Below are positions 9,760 through 22,300 of a DNA stretch of 64,000 bases, piece by piece (the stretch's first letter is position 1; each line of letters begins with the position of its first letter). The position numbers and the translations under genes were made by a program. The notes under the pieces were generated by a model. That model was given only the letters and a program-made list of their open reading frames with translations. It had not been told where the DNA came from and did not search any database. The stretch is from Trichoplax adhaerens (Eukaryota; Animalia; Placozoa). Where the stretch lies: positions 491,562 to 555,561 of the forward strand of contig NW_002060946.1 in the NCBI RefSeq assembly GCF_000150275.1, in the 5' to 3' direction.

Positions 9760-11262
9760 ATGCCTGTTTTGGATAATTTGAACGTCCGTGCTGTGACTGT
9801 TGTGGCCACTGTATCAGTTTCTGCATATTTTATTTATCGAAAGATCGTTGAACCGTTACATTATTTCGAGCAGATAGGAATTCCTGGTCCCACACCCGTA
9901 GCATTTCTTGGAAATCTTCCTGACTTGGAGGAGGGTATCCATCTCGCTCATGTTGCTCTAAAAGAGAAGTACGGTAAAGTCTTTGGATTAATCATTGGTA
10001 GAAAGCCGCAAATTGTAGTTTGTGACGTTAACATACTGCAAAAAATCCTAATCGAAAATTTTAATGGTTTCTGCAATAGAAGAGGATTTCAATTATTACC
10101 TTACGATAATTTAAAATATGGCGTAAATACATTACGTGATCGTGAATGGCGGCGTGTTCGCTCGATCTTGATGCCGGCCTTTACTTTAGAAAGTTGTGAA
10201 GAATTAGCCCCCATTATTGCAAAATCGTGTAACATACTTCTTATCAAGTTTCTACAGGCATCGTATACTGAACAAGCTCTGAATATCAGCAGTGCTATGA
10301 ATCAATTTGCAACGGAAATCACGATGGTGACGTTATTTGGTCAACCTGGAAAGTTGCAAACTAGTGTAAATGTCAGACCAGACAAGTTAACCATTGCTAT
10401 CAATTCTATCTTCCGTGTACCTCCTATGACAAGCTTGCTAATATTGGCCATACCACCGCTGTCGTCCTACTTGCTGAAGATAAATTCTACTGGTTTTCGC
10501 TACTTAGAGTCTGTCTGTTATCGAGCTATACGCCGAAAGCGTGAAAGGATTGCAGAGAAGATGGAATGCCAACGTGACCTATTGCAGCTAATGCTGGAAG
10601 CAGATCGTAATGGTAAACTAAATGACACTGATATTGCTAGCCAGTCATTAACATACCTATTGACTAGCTATCATCCGTTAAAGAACGGTTTATGCTTCCT
10701 TGTGTATTTGATTGCAACGCATAAAGAGGTTCAAAATAGACTTATTAGGGAAATTGATGAAAATTTGCCAAATCGGGAATTACCGACTCAGAAAGAAATA
10801 TCAAAATTAGTATATCTAGATGCAGTTATCAAGGAAACATTAAGACTTTATCCTGCTACCTTTATTTATCATCGTGAAGCTGTTGAAGATTGCTCAATAA
10901 ATGGATTTTTCTTTCCGAAAGAAGTAACGATTGCAATTCCAGTGTATGCAATACATCGTGATCCGGAAATATGGCCCAATCCTAGTAGTTTTAGACCGGA
11001 AAGATTTTTATCTGATGATGCAAATAGTGCAAGACACCCATGTAGCTACTTGCCGTTTGGTGTCGGAGCTAGAGCATGTATGGCTACTCATTTTGTTACA
11101 ATGATCTTTAAGATGATGCTTGTAATAACACTGCGTAGTATCAAATTTAAAACTGTTGCTGAAACTGAAGTGCCATTGTCTACCACATCTTTAGCTAGTT
11201 TGCAACCGATGTATGATGTGTATCTTGGAATTGAAAGAAGAGTATATGTGGATTCGATTTGA
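9760..11262 (+). CDS. Atypical cytochrome P450 (clan 3-like), paralog D, 500 aa, non-canonical I-helix
   Basis: TM anchor, PGPTP hinge, WRRVR (C-helix WxxxR), ETLR, PERF and PFGVGARACMA heme ligand are present. The I-helix reads LLTSYHPLK instead of AG(Y)(E/D)TT. Confidence 0.9.
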   Translation: MPVLDNLNVRAVTVVATVSVSAYFIYRKIVEPLHYFEQIGIPGPTPVAFLGNLPDLEEGIHLAHVALKEKYGKVFGLIIGRKPQIVVCDVNILQKILIENFNGFCNRRGFQLLPYDNLKYGVNTLRDREWRRVRSILMPAFTLESCEELAPIIAKSCNILLIKFLQASYTEQALNISSAMNQFATEITMVTLFGQPGKLQTSVNVRPDKLTIAINSIFRVPPMTSLLILAIPPLSSYLLKINSTGFRYLESVCYRAIRRKRERIAEKMECQRDLLQLMLEADRNGKLNDTDIASQSLTYLLTSYHPLKNGLCFLVYLIATHKEVQNRLIREIDENLPNRELPTQKEISKLVYLDAVIKETLRLYPATFIYHREAVEDCSINGFFFPKEVTIAIPVYAIHRDPEIWPNPSSFRPERFLSDDANSARHPCSYLPFGVGARACMATHFVTMIFKMMLVITLRSIKFKTVAETEVPLSTTSLASLQPMYDVYLGIERRVYVDSI

Positions 11263-12397
11263 TCGTAATATTAGTCTCAGGATTGCTTTTAGTTCTGTAA
11301 AGCTGGCAAATAAGTAATATATTTATATTTGTGTACATGCTCTGTTAAATTTATACTAATCCATCCTTAAATAGTGACTATTTGGATTGTACTCTTGTAA
11401 TAAAATAGGTTATTTTATACTGGCGTAGTTTGTTTTTTGTTTTTTAACTGATACTATCGGCTACCGCACACGTGCTGATGACAGTCACTATTTAGCTACC
11501 TATTGGATAATAATCTCTTAGTTCAATGAGCGTAGTAAAAGTTATGCCATCACCACACATGATTTATGCCTTTGCTACGCAGACATAGAATCATTACATA
11601 TCCAATAGATAAGGATGACATCTCATCCTTACACTATCATTAATTCGCTAAATGTACAAATAATTCACGCGTCCAAGTATATAAATGTATATATACGCGT
11701 ATTTATGTTTGTAGTTTCTACCAAACCAGCAACGCGTTTCATTGAATACTGTTATGTTTGTAGTTTACATAATTGCAAAATAGTTGGGATGAAAAATCAA
11801 TAATTTTATTTTTAACGTAAAACCGCAAGGCACAGCAGCAAGTGCAATTGCTGCTGATCTTGCAAGATAGAAAAGCCACACTTATATACAGTAAGTATTA
11901 TTAGCGTACGCGTATAACACACGTTTAATATATTATATATTATATATATAATATATCTACTCTATTTTATAAACGTCCAGTTGCATGTTGATGCAGCAAG
12001 AGATTAAGAATTTGGACTTTATTCTATAATGCTGATAGCTTAAATATCGCAGTACTACATCTAGTAATATAGGCATTTACATACTGGACTATAATAAGCC
12101 GTGCACAGCACACACTGTAAAGCAGTTAGTCAATACCGTTAAGAGCACGACTTACTATATTATTGTATATTGCAAATGGAGTAGATCACAGTAATTCCAG
12201 TTTTACTGCTAAGTGGGATTACCTGAGAGTGTAACAATGTGATATAGATGGTATTTTAACAATTAATTAGCTGATTCATGGCGATCATTTCACCTGAATT
12301 GTTTCATTTTTATATTTTATTTATAATTTGATGCCGTAAGAATTGCATTTACTTCATTAAAGTTTATCCAGATTGCAGAATAGAGACCGACAGAGAC

Positions 12398-12610
12398 TTG
12401 ACAGTACCGTAGTTGACAGTACCACGGTTGACAGTACCTCGGTTGACAGTACAGTACGTTTCCAACCTACTGTATTGAAGGCCAGTCAGTTGATACTGTA
12501 CAGTGTACAGTACTGTACTGTACAGTGTGTACTGTATAGTACAGTATAATTCACTGTCACTTACAGTACAGTACAGTACTATACAGTATACTTTACAGTA
12601 CAACGCACTG
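12398..12610. repeat. 4 x 15-bp TTGACAGTAC tandem array followed by a TACAG/CTGTA field upstream of P450 E
   Basis: TTGACAGTAC at 12398, 12413, 12428 and 12443. Pentamer-rich sequence continues to ~12610. Confidence 0.85.
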
Positions 12611-12820
12611 TATCTCGAGCACTTACGGTAGATTTGCCGCCAAGCACGAATGTCTATTGTTGATTTGTTGATGTGTGGATGACCGGCGACAGCACAGGTG
12701 CACTGGCAGGTCGCCTACGGAGTTACATAATCGCAACACGTACGTGTTAATTAATTGATGCGACAAACCGACAGCAAAACACTTTTGATTGCTGAGTTCC
12801 AAAACTCAAAATAAACGCAA

Positions 12821-14299
12821 ATGGATGCATCGAATGGTTATTTGCCCAATCCAACGATGATGGTCATTGCTGTAACTGTTCTTCTTCTTGGCTTAGCTTA
12901 TATCTATTTTGTAGCACCATTAGCTTTCTTTAAACGACTTGGAATCCCGGGTCCAAAGCCGACTTTGATGTTTGGTAATTTGTTACAAGTTGGTTCTGGA
13001 GAACATCTCCTTCATTTACAATGGTCTCAACAGTATGGTAAAATATTTGGTCTGTTGTTTGGTAGATTGCCGGTTATTTTTGTGGCAGATCCTGATATGA
13101 TTAAGGCTATCACTGTTAAATATTCTCAAAATTTTATCGATCGATGGTCTATTTGTAAGCCTTCACCTCCGTTAGGATTAGGATTGTTCTCCTTGAATGG
13201 GCAAGCATGGAGAAGACTTCATAATATGCTGTTATCGGTTTTTAACGATGCTGAATTAAAATTAACCATGCCGTACATAACCAAATCGTCATCTACCCTT
13301 GTTAGGAAATTACATCAGTCGATTAATCATGGAAAAGTAATTGATTTATGGCAATATCTTAGCCCCTTCTCTATGGAAGTGATCTTGGCTACATCCTTTG
13401 GAATTAAAGTCTCATCACAAGAGAATCCAGACCAAATGACTCATCAAGCTCGTCAATTATACCGTAATTATAATTTCCGTAATTTAATGCTTGCTATATT
13501 GCCACCCACATTATGTAACTGGTTAGATCAACTTTTCAGCTGGAATAGAATTTCCTACTTAGAGCAAGTATTACGTAAAGCAGTCAAGGAAAGACGTCAG
13601 ATGCTCAAGGAGGAACATAGTAAGACTTATCCTGATTTATTACAAGCCATGTTGAAGATTCAAGATGGTGATAGCTTGACTGATGATGAAGTAATTGGTC
13701 AATCAATACAATTTTTATTGACGGGTTGTGAGACAACAGCGAGTGCTCTAGCCTTTACTCTTTACCTATTGGCTATGAACCCTGATATTCAGAGGGAATT
13801 AAGAAGCGAAATTATGCAGCGCTATTCTATCAATGACATCATGACTTTGGATGGTGTCGCCAAGTTGAAATATTTAGATAGGGTCATTTCCGAATCTCTA
13901 AGAATGTATCCACCGACTTATTTTTACGTGCATCAGGCTAATGCTGAAACAATGATCAATGGCTATGTCTTTCCTAAGGGTGTTGGTGTAGCGATACCAG
14001 TTTATACAGTGCATCATGACCCTGAATTTTGGCCTGAACCAGACAACTTTAAGCCGGAAAGATTTGAAACCAACTTGAATAGTAAGCAGCATTCGCATAG
14101 CTATCTACCTTTTGGTTCAGGACCAAGAAGTTGTCTAGGAGCCAAATTCGCTTTACTACAGATCAAGATGGCTTTAATAAAGCTGTTGTTAACATTTCGA
14201 TTCTATAAAATTGATCAAACTGAAATTCCTTTGCAAGTTAAGTGTGGTCTGGTACTTTCTCCAAAGAATGGCATCTATCTTGGAATTCACAAATTGTAG
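12821..14299 (+). CDS. Cytochrome P450 (clan 3-like), paralog E, 492 aa, intronless
   Basis: TM, PGPKP, TGCETTA, ESLR, PERF, PFGSGPRSCLG. Confidence 0.94.
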   Translation: MDASNGYLPNPTMMVIAVTVLLLGLAYIYFVAPLAFFKRLGIPGPKPTLMFGNLLQVGSGEHLLHLQWSQQYGKIFGLLFGRLPVIFVADPDMIKAITVKYSQNFIDRWSICKPSPPLGLGLFSLNGQAWRRLHNMLLSVFNDAELKLTMPYITKSSSTLVRKLHQSINHGKVIDLWQYLSPFSMEVILATSFGIKVSSQENPDQMTHQARQLYRNYNFRNLMLAILPPTLCNWLDQLFSWNRISYLEQVLRKAVKERRQMLKEEHSKTYPDLLQAMLKIQDGDSLTDDEVIGQSIQFLLTGCETTASALAFTLYLLAMNPDIQRELRSEIMQRYSINDIMTLDGVAKLKYLDRVISESLRMYPPTYFYVHQANAETMINGYVFPKGVGVAIPVYTVHHDPEFWPEPDNFKPERFETNLNSKQHSHSYLPFGSGPRSCLGAKFALLQIKMALIKLLLTFRFYKIDQTEIPLQVKCGLVLSPKNGIYLGIHKL

Positions 14300-16310
14300 T
14301 ATCGAACTCTTATACACGTATTAGCCTTTCCTGTAAGATACAGTATACGGGCTTAATGATATCTTGTGTTAATGGACAAATTCATTCCCCATGATCTAAC
14401 AGTCTTATGTTCGTTACCTTCGTTTCGATAGATAGTTCTCCTGTCAATCTCAGCTTATTTTCAGCCATTTTTAGTTTTCACAGTTACCAGGTTGCGATTT
14501 TCGACGGTAATCTTCTATTATTTAATGAATTCATTCCTTCAACATGCCAATATATGCTGTAAAGATATGCCAGTCTTTTCTATCGTGTCGTAAGTAGATC
14601 TTGTTGATTTAAACGTTGAAAATATTAAACCTCGTAGATAATTTTTCGAATCTCGCTTCTGTAGAGAAATAGAGATAAATACTGAAAACACTGAATTTCG
14701 TTGATAATTTTTTTCGAATCTCGCGTCTGTAGAAAGATAGGGATATAAATTTCGTATTTATCTTAGTATTTATTGGTTGACTTGAAAATTTCAAAGTATT
14801 ACACATCCGTAAATCCGAAAGGAAATATAATTTCAAAATGTATATGTAAGACATATTCCTCATTCCTTTCCTGTACTATGTATAATTTCAAACTATGGAA
14901 TATCTAACTGGGTTTTGAGAATACAATTGTTTAATTAATCGCTTCTCCTTTATGCAATATGCCCGTAGGTTAGTGTTTTCCATCTCTTTATGCTTCTTAT
15001 TTATCTTATTCAATGATTGAAAATAAGGTTAAGATTCCTATTTGTCGTATTATATTAACTAAACACATTTCGATTTACTTTCATTCGATGTAATACATTA
15101 ATATTTCGCTTACTAATATTAATTTTCTCTGTTATATTTAAATGGTCTTACTGTGGGATATATATATACGCTTGCGAATATTCAACCTTAGGTTTGAGTC
15201 AATTTCACTCGTGTCCAATCGGAAGTTAACTTATAGCTGTAGTTATATTATCCTTCGATGATCGATTCCTGATATATTTATTATTCCTAATAGCTGTTTT
15301 ACATATCTGTGTACCTACAATATTAATGAATTCGGAGCTGTTGCAGCCAGTAAATTAGTTGTCTTGTTTATTCTATTGTCTATCATGCTTTCTTGTAATA
15401 TTTAATGATTATAATTCTTGAAGATAGCGAAATGAAAATTACTGAAGCATCACGGATAACACATGCCACTACTATAAGTGAACGAAAGTGTAGTTTTATA
15501 TGGACTAAATCGAAGGCAGACCTTAATTAATTCTGGTGATATGAATGAGTAAAGATCCGTAGATTTATCAGTATAATTTTCAAACCGATCGTATGATTTT
15601 TATAGTATCAATGGAATTAATGACTACTAAATTATAGATTAAATTTATCATACTGACGTAGAGCCCTTAAGAGTCGCTAATATAAATACTAATCATGCTT
15701 GTGCTTTGCAAAGGATTTGCTAAAATCTTTTACTAGTGCCAGAATTAAGTTCACAATTACGGTTACAGAAACTATACAGTACATGAACTACTGTAAATTT
15801 ACAATCTTATAGTAGCTCCAAGTATCATTACAGTGACTCATGCGGCATTAATTATTACTAAACGTCAATTCTCAAGTATACTTCGTTAACAAAAAAATTA
15901 ATTTCATTGTCTATTTGGAGCAAAGCAAATTAAAACATATTTTTATTCCCACTAATGTATCAAGTGATACAAATAATAATTCAGTACCCAGATATACCAA
16001 CTGGCCTCCAATTGGTCTTTAATGCGGTTTCAATAAATACCGTATAACATTAGCCTTACGCTAAAGTAAGGAACTTTACTGCATTTGTACTAGATTAGCG
16101 TAAAAAAAACACGGACTAGAATTGCTAACGGACAAAAAATGAGTAAATAGAAATTTTAAACAACGAAACTATTATAAAAATTATTTACTTTAGTCCGTAT
16201 GAATTCATTGTATGACTTAAATAGCAAGAAGAAACATGGGCAAATAAAAATGCATCATTCATTGGTAGAGAAATTATTGCTGCTAATTGCTTCTATTAGG
16301 GACATAAAAG

Positions 16311-19300
16311 TTAGTTAGTATTCTTTTTAAGCCATGCATCAACAGTAGCTTCATTATCTGTAATCCATTTGATTCTATTTCTGATGGATTCTTGAGATTG
16401 ATTAACCGCTGTAGCACCTGAACCGACATCAGGGTTGGCTTTAAAGAAATCTTGCACCTAATTTAAAATAAAATTTATACGATTTTACTCGAGGATATAA
16501 CCATCAAACTGATAATACCGTATTATTTAAAATAAAATTATTAAACTGCGATTTTAATTTACCTGCTTCAATCTGAATTCAGAGGCCCATCTACCAGCAG
16601 TACTTCTGATTAATCTACCAAAGGAGAAGAAACTTCCACCATAGCTGTAAATGAATAAATAATATTAATAAATTTAATAAAAACCTCTGTCAATGTAGAT
16701 AGAATGAATGTTTGTCCATTTGCAGAATTCTTTAAATAGATAAAATGTGAAATATGAGAAGAGATTGGTCATCAACTATCGATGAAGTAAAATCTTACGT
16801 TTTTCTTAAATAGGGCCAATTTTGACGAACAAAGTCCCATGCCAATGGTCTACCAACAATATTCGCAGAAATATAATCGATAACAATGGTCGTGTCTTGT
16901 GATCGGATTTTAGCCGGATTAATCGACCATTGCAAATATCTGTGTCCATAGATGAATAGTATTAGAGTAAATTCTAGCTGAATCTAACTCCGTTATTTAC
17001 ATCGATAAAGTTACGTATAATACTTTTTATGCATCTTTATTTTAATCAGTGATGACATATAGATCAAGGATTACAAATTTGAATTAGCTTCAATGGCTAA
17101 GCTCCATTATTGCTCAAATTTATACCTATTCAAAATCCATGGAGTGCTGGAATAAGATAGAGCATCTAATATTGTTCGTTTTTCTGAAGCAACATTGGTT
17201 TTATAGAAGTATTCATACAAGAAATCCCAATCACTAACATCTCCAGAAGCTATACCATATCGGTAAACGACAGCTTTCAAGTTAGGAGGGACTCTATTGT
17301 AATAACAAATAAAATTTAAATATTTAAATCGATTTTAAAATCTTACCTACAAGAATTTAGATTAGTTTTAACACTAGATGAGAGATAGACGTTCTTACGC
17401 ATTGGCAGCAGAATTGCTCTTGAATGCTTGGAACATTCTAGTTGCATTATCGAGGCAAGGTTTATATCCAAGACCACATCCAATAGACATTACTCTTGTT
17501 CTCAGCAATCTGAATGTTGTTGATATAAATTTAAAATTCTAAAAAACCTGTATGTAATATGTCCATCTTGTGCTAGTAAGACCATTTTAATTTAATAATA
17601 TTAAATAATTGAAGGAACTATGCATAGTAAAAATGGAATTAACGCGTTTCTTTTAAGATTATTGTAGTTTTCCTTATATTAAGTTGCCTACTTTTGTGTA
17701 TGAGAGCCAACATCTTCGAAACGAATGGTATCTAACAATGGTTTTAGTTGTTGCAAATAATATTTCTAACAAAATTAGCGAAAAATTATTCAATGTCGCA
17801 ACAGATTATTAATGCAAAATCTGCGTTTAAAATTCCTAAACTTTGCATAATCTAATTAAATTCAGATATACAGTATTGCCCATTTATTTATATGCCTATC
17901 TTTACCTGGAAACTGCCATAAGATTCTCTATATGAAATCATCGAACTTATTTCACCAAGTGCAGCGGTAGCAGTATACCAGGGGATATATGTTGTCTCCT
18001 TAGTGAGATATTTAGTAGTTCCCAAAGCAATATCATAGGTAGTCTGACCAACTCTAATGGTATTTAAAGTATAAATAACAAATAATCATAAAACAACTGT
18101 CGTATATGATATAAATTTAACGCGCTAGTTTACGATTTATTTAACCTGGCAAGATTGAAGGCATCGTCTATCAAACCACTGATGTCAGTTTTGGGAAATT
18201 CCTAAACAAGAAGTAAAATTTTTGAATTACTAAAAACTTAAGTTACAAAAATATGTAAAAAGCGCATTAATTGACTTACGTTTGGATTAGTTACTAAAGC
18301 ACTAATAATTGCATTCCAATTAGAGGCTGGATAATTGACACGGTAGAAACCGAGTTGGCCAACATTAGCCTTGAGCCAAGTGCCGTCAGGCCAGGTTATT
18401 TGAGTATCTTTATTGATCGGAATTATAGAATGATTAAAATATTCAGAATAAACCATGTAGTAACAATTATAACAGCTAAATAAAGCTGGAAATAGAATAT
18501 TGGCAAAGCATAAAGTACGATAGACATATTCAAATTGTTTTATTGCAATAATGATGTCAAGGTGAATAAAGCTATTTGTACAGTTGAGCTTAATTGCTAC
18601 TTACTGGAATTCATTTTAAAAATCGTTGATTTAACAGTATTACGATCATCAGCAGTTATGTAAGTGATAGGGATATTCCACTTGTATCTATAAATATTTA
18701 ATAACATAAACTTGAACTTTAGTATAATAAGTTGATCAAATACCTTTATTTAACTAGCATTAAAGTTGCCAGCGAGTGTTATATTCTAGTATATTTTTTA
18801 TTTTATGGAGCAGGGTATCATGTATCGGTATTCAACTGTCAGAATCTTCACATGTAACTTAAATTCATGATGAAGTGGTTGGTGATTATAAAGTTAGTCA
18901 CATATACTTAAATATGCAGTAACTACATAGAGCGAATATCTCATGTAGCAAGCTTCTACCCTAAGTCTAGGATAGAAATATGAATCTTACCCAAAAGGAG
19001 ATTTAAATTTAGATGAAGCTGGATCAACATCTGGATTTTGAGTAGGATCTAACAAAAAGCGCCTTTGTGTAATGGTAGCTTTACCACCACTGACGTCGCC
19101 AACAGTTACTACTGGGTATCCCATTTGTAGTGTCCAAGTATCCATCACTTCAGTAACATTAATATTTCTTGTTGAAGCCTTTTAGATTATAACAATACAA
19201 TATAAATCATACGAGTGAATTAATGGACCAGATCAAATATAGAATGAACTCTTTTTATAGATTTTACGCTAATTAAGCCGAAATTGGTTCAATTTTAAAG

Positions 19301-22300
19301 TAAATGTATAATATATATACATGATTTAAAATCTATAGGCGTAGGAATTTAATAGTTTTGTTAATAAAGATGTGAAATAATAAATAGAGTACCTCTGTTA
19401 GGGTTCGCCACAAGTCTCTGGTAACTGCATTTTTAAATTCGTATTTCTTCAAGTAATTCTACAATTATTGCGCAAGCATATAAAGGAATTCTGTCACGAA
19501 TTGATGATGCCTTTCAAATGGAATATTACAATTAGTAAAATCAAAAATTTATTTACAGAAATGCCTTTTTGATAGTCTTCGTTGCCCATCATTTGTCTCA
19601 TCATACTGATGATAGAAGCTCCCTATGAAATCATTCAAGTAGCTTAAGTTTCTTGAGTATGAATATACCTTACGTACAATGTTACTATGGAGAAATAAAC
19701 AACTACTGAATTTAATATGCGTATTATATAAATTAACGTGTCATTGTCTACATTTTCGTATTGAACGTACAAAAAATGAAACTAAATTTACCAAATTTAT
19801 AGAACATGATTAGCAATGATTTATATTCTACCTTAGAGTATGAAATTGCATCGAAAACCTCATTGATCTCATCGGGATGGTTAACAGTAACCTGAACAGG
19901 GTGAGATGTTACAAAAGCATCTAATCCAAAAGCCCTCTGGTAGTCAAGAGGAACAATTTGTGACATCTATAAAACAATTTATAGAAGAAAAACTATATTG
20001 GCTTTATGTTGAATAAATTTGTATTTATCACGACAAAATAATTTAACTTGATTGAATCTATAACATTGCTTATGTTTTTGTAGCACATCTATTCTAGATA
20101 AAAAAATATGGGTGATTTGTATTTCTACGTTGTTTGTACTAAAAATATCCTTTCATGCTTGATGTAAAGGCTTTACACATTTCACTAGTACTAATGCAGT
20201 CATGAAGTAAAAGTAAGAAAGTCTAATACCATCTCCCAATCAGGTTGGTATTCGTTAACTCCAAGATATTCTGTAAAGCTGGCGAAACCTTCATTTAGCC
20301 ACAAGTCATCCCACCATCTCATGGTTACTAAGTTACCAAACCACTGTAAAGAATTAGAAGGTTATCAAATTCATAATTTATTGGATTAGCATGTATTGAT
20401 TATGGATACATCTACGAAACAAACGGTAAGATTAAGAATAGCAATGCTATATAAATGAAATATGGTATACGCGTAAGTATGATTTCACGTAATTTAATTA
20501 GACTACTTACTGTACTAATAAATTTTAAGAAAGTCATCAGTGAACACTAACCATATGAGCTAATTCGTGAGAAACAACAACAGCTACACGTTGTTGATTG
20601 CCAGCAGCTGAGACCATTGGATCATATAACAAGGCAGTTTCACGATACAAGATGAGACCCCAATTTTCCATAGCACCAGCGGCAAAATCAGGAATAGCTA
20701 CCATATCTATTGTACGATATTTTGATATATGAAAATTTTAGAACTTCATATGGTTGATTAGTAAAGATATTCCACTTAATAACCAAGCATCTAATGAAAT
20801 TAGCTGAATATCACATCAATATAGTTTCTATCACTATTCAAACTTGCTCAATGAGATTATAATACCAAACAATGACAACATAACATTATTATATTAACTT
20901 GAGATAGAATAGTTAGTGTGAACAATGTAGCATTTAAGTTATATTTGATGAGTTGTTTGACTTATAAGATGTACAGATTATGTTTTAACGAGAAAAAACT
21001 GGGTATCTTTGATTAGATTTTGTTAAACTAATAGAATTTCTTAAGCAGTATAATTTTGAATTGTTTATAGTATGCAATTCAGGTATATATGCTCAAGCAA
21101 TAAACACACTCGTAATCAGTTAGAGAAATAGAATCTTGCATGCCTTGTTTTGGCAGTGGATAGGGAACACCAAAGAAATCTTCAAAGTATTCAGTTATAT
21201 TGACGCCTCCAATCAATGCAAATGAGCTTTGATTAATGGTATGAGGGGTAGACCAAACGCGAACCTGAAAGGTACCAATTAAATAATGCATTTTTTAGTA
21301 GCGAGATATATTTCATTGTAGTATAAGTTATGCTACAAGTTACAAATTTTGCTGTCTTCATAATTATATCAATTAGATCCATTATAACAACAAACATTTA
21401 CCGGTAGGTTAGTTTTGGTTCTTAATTCTCTGAATTCGAAATCTGAGATTACGAAAGCCAGTAAGTAAGAACTCATTCGGAGGCTTCCTATAATCAAAAA
21501 AGGCAAATATATAATTGCTAAGCTGCGCAATTTTAAGTATAATTTGTGAGAATTAGTCAACATATTGCAATTGATATCGTATAATAGAAGCACTATTAAA
21601 GTAGTATCTCTATTTTATCCTGGTAATGTTTGTGGTAATAGGTATCTATGGAGTATTATACTATAGAAATGACTATAGTACGATATCTATGAAATTGAGG
21701 CGTAAGGACTAAAGTGCAGGGAGTATAATAGATACAGGTATTGTTGAGATTTATTTCATTTAATGTATGGTAGGCATGGTAAATCATTGCAGATTGTTGC
21801 AAAATTTAGTTCTTCACAATTTCAATTTAATTATATGTTGCTTCGAAAAAGGACTAGCAGTTAGTATAAATTCTTAACAAGAAACAAATCGACAGCAATA
21901 AAACACACTTATATCTAATGTATAAGAAATTTAAAATAATATTGCTATTAAAAACGATAACAATTTTGAGGCTAAAACAAAAATTATTAATAGTATGCTT
22001 TATAACGTTTGAAGATAGATTAAATTTTATAACTGTAAACAATTGCTCTTACTATCTTAGTAACATTGGATGATCGTGCTTCCTCTTACTTTGATAAGTT
22101 TTTGTAAGATATCCAGGTCGAGTAGCTGCTACCGATGTTAATTCTGGCATATTCCATAAAGCTCCATAATTATTGGGGACACTAATTGTGGCTGTAAACA
22201 TTGCCTTCAATTCCGGCTCATCCAACAATGGTATGATCTTACGGGCATCAGTAGGTTGACATTGACTGGCTGCTAGCCATCTATGTGATATTGAATAATA

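Noticed and set aside
14620-14760. ORF 14609-14863 and a ~65-bp direct repeat
   Set aside because: A small local duplication in AT-rich intergenic DNA; the ORF has no coding signature.
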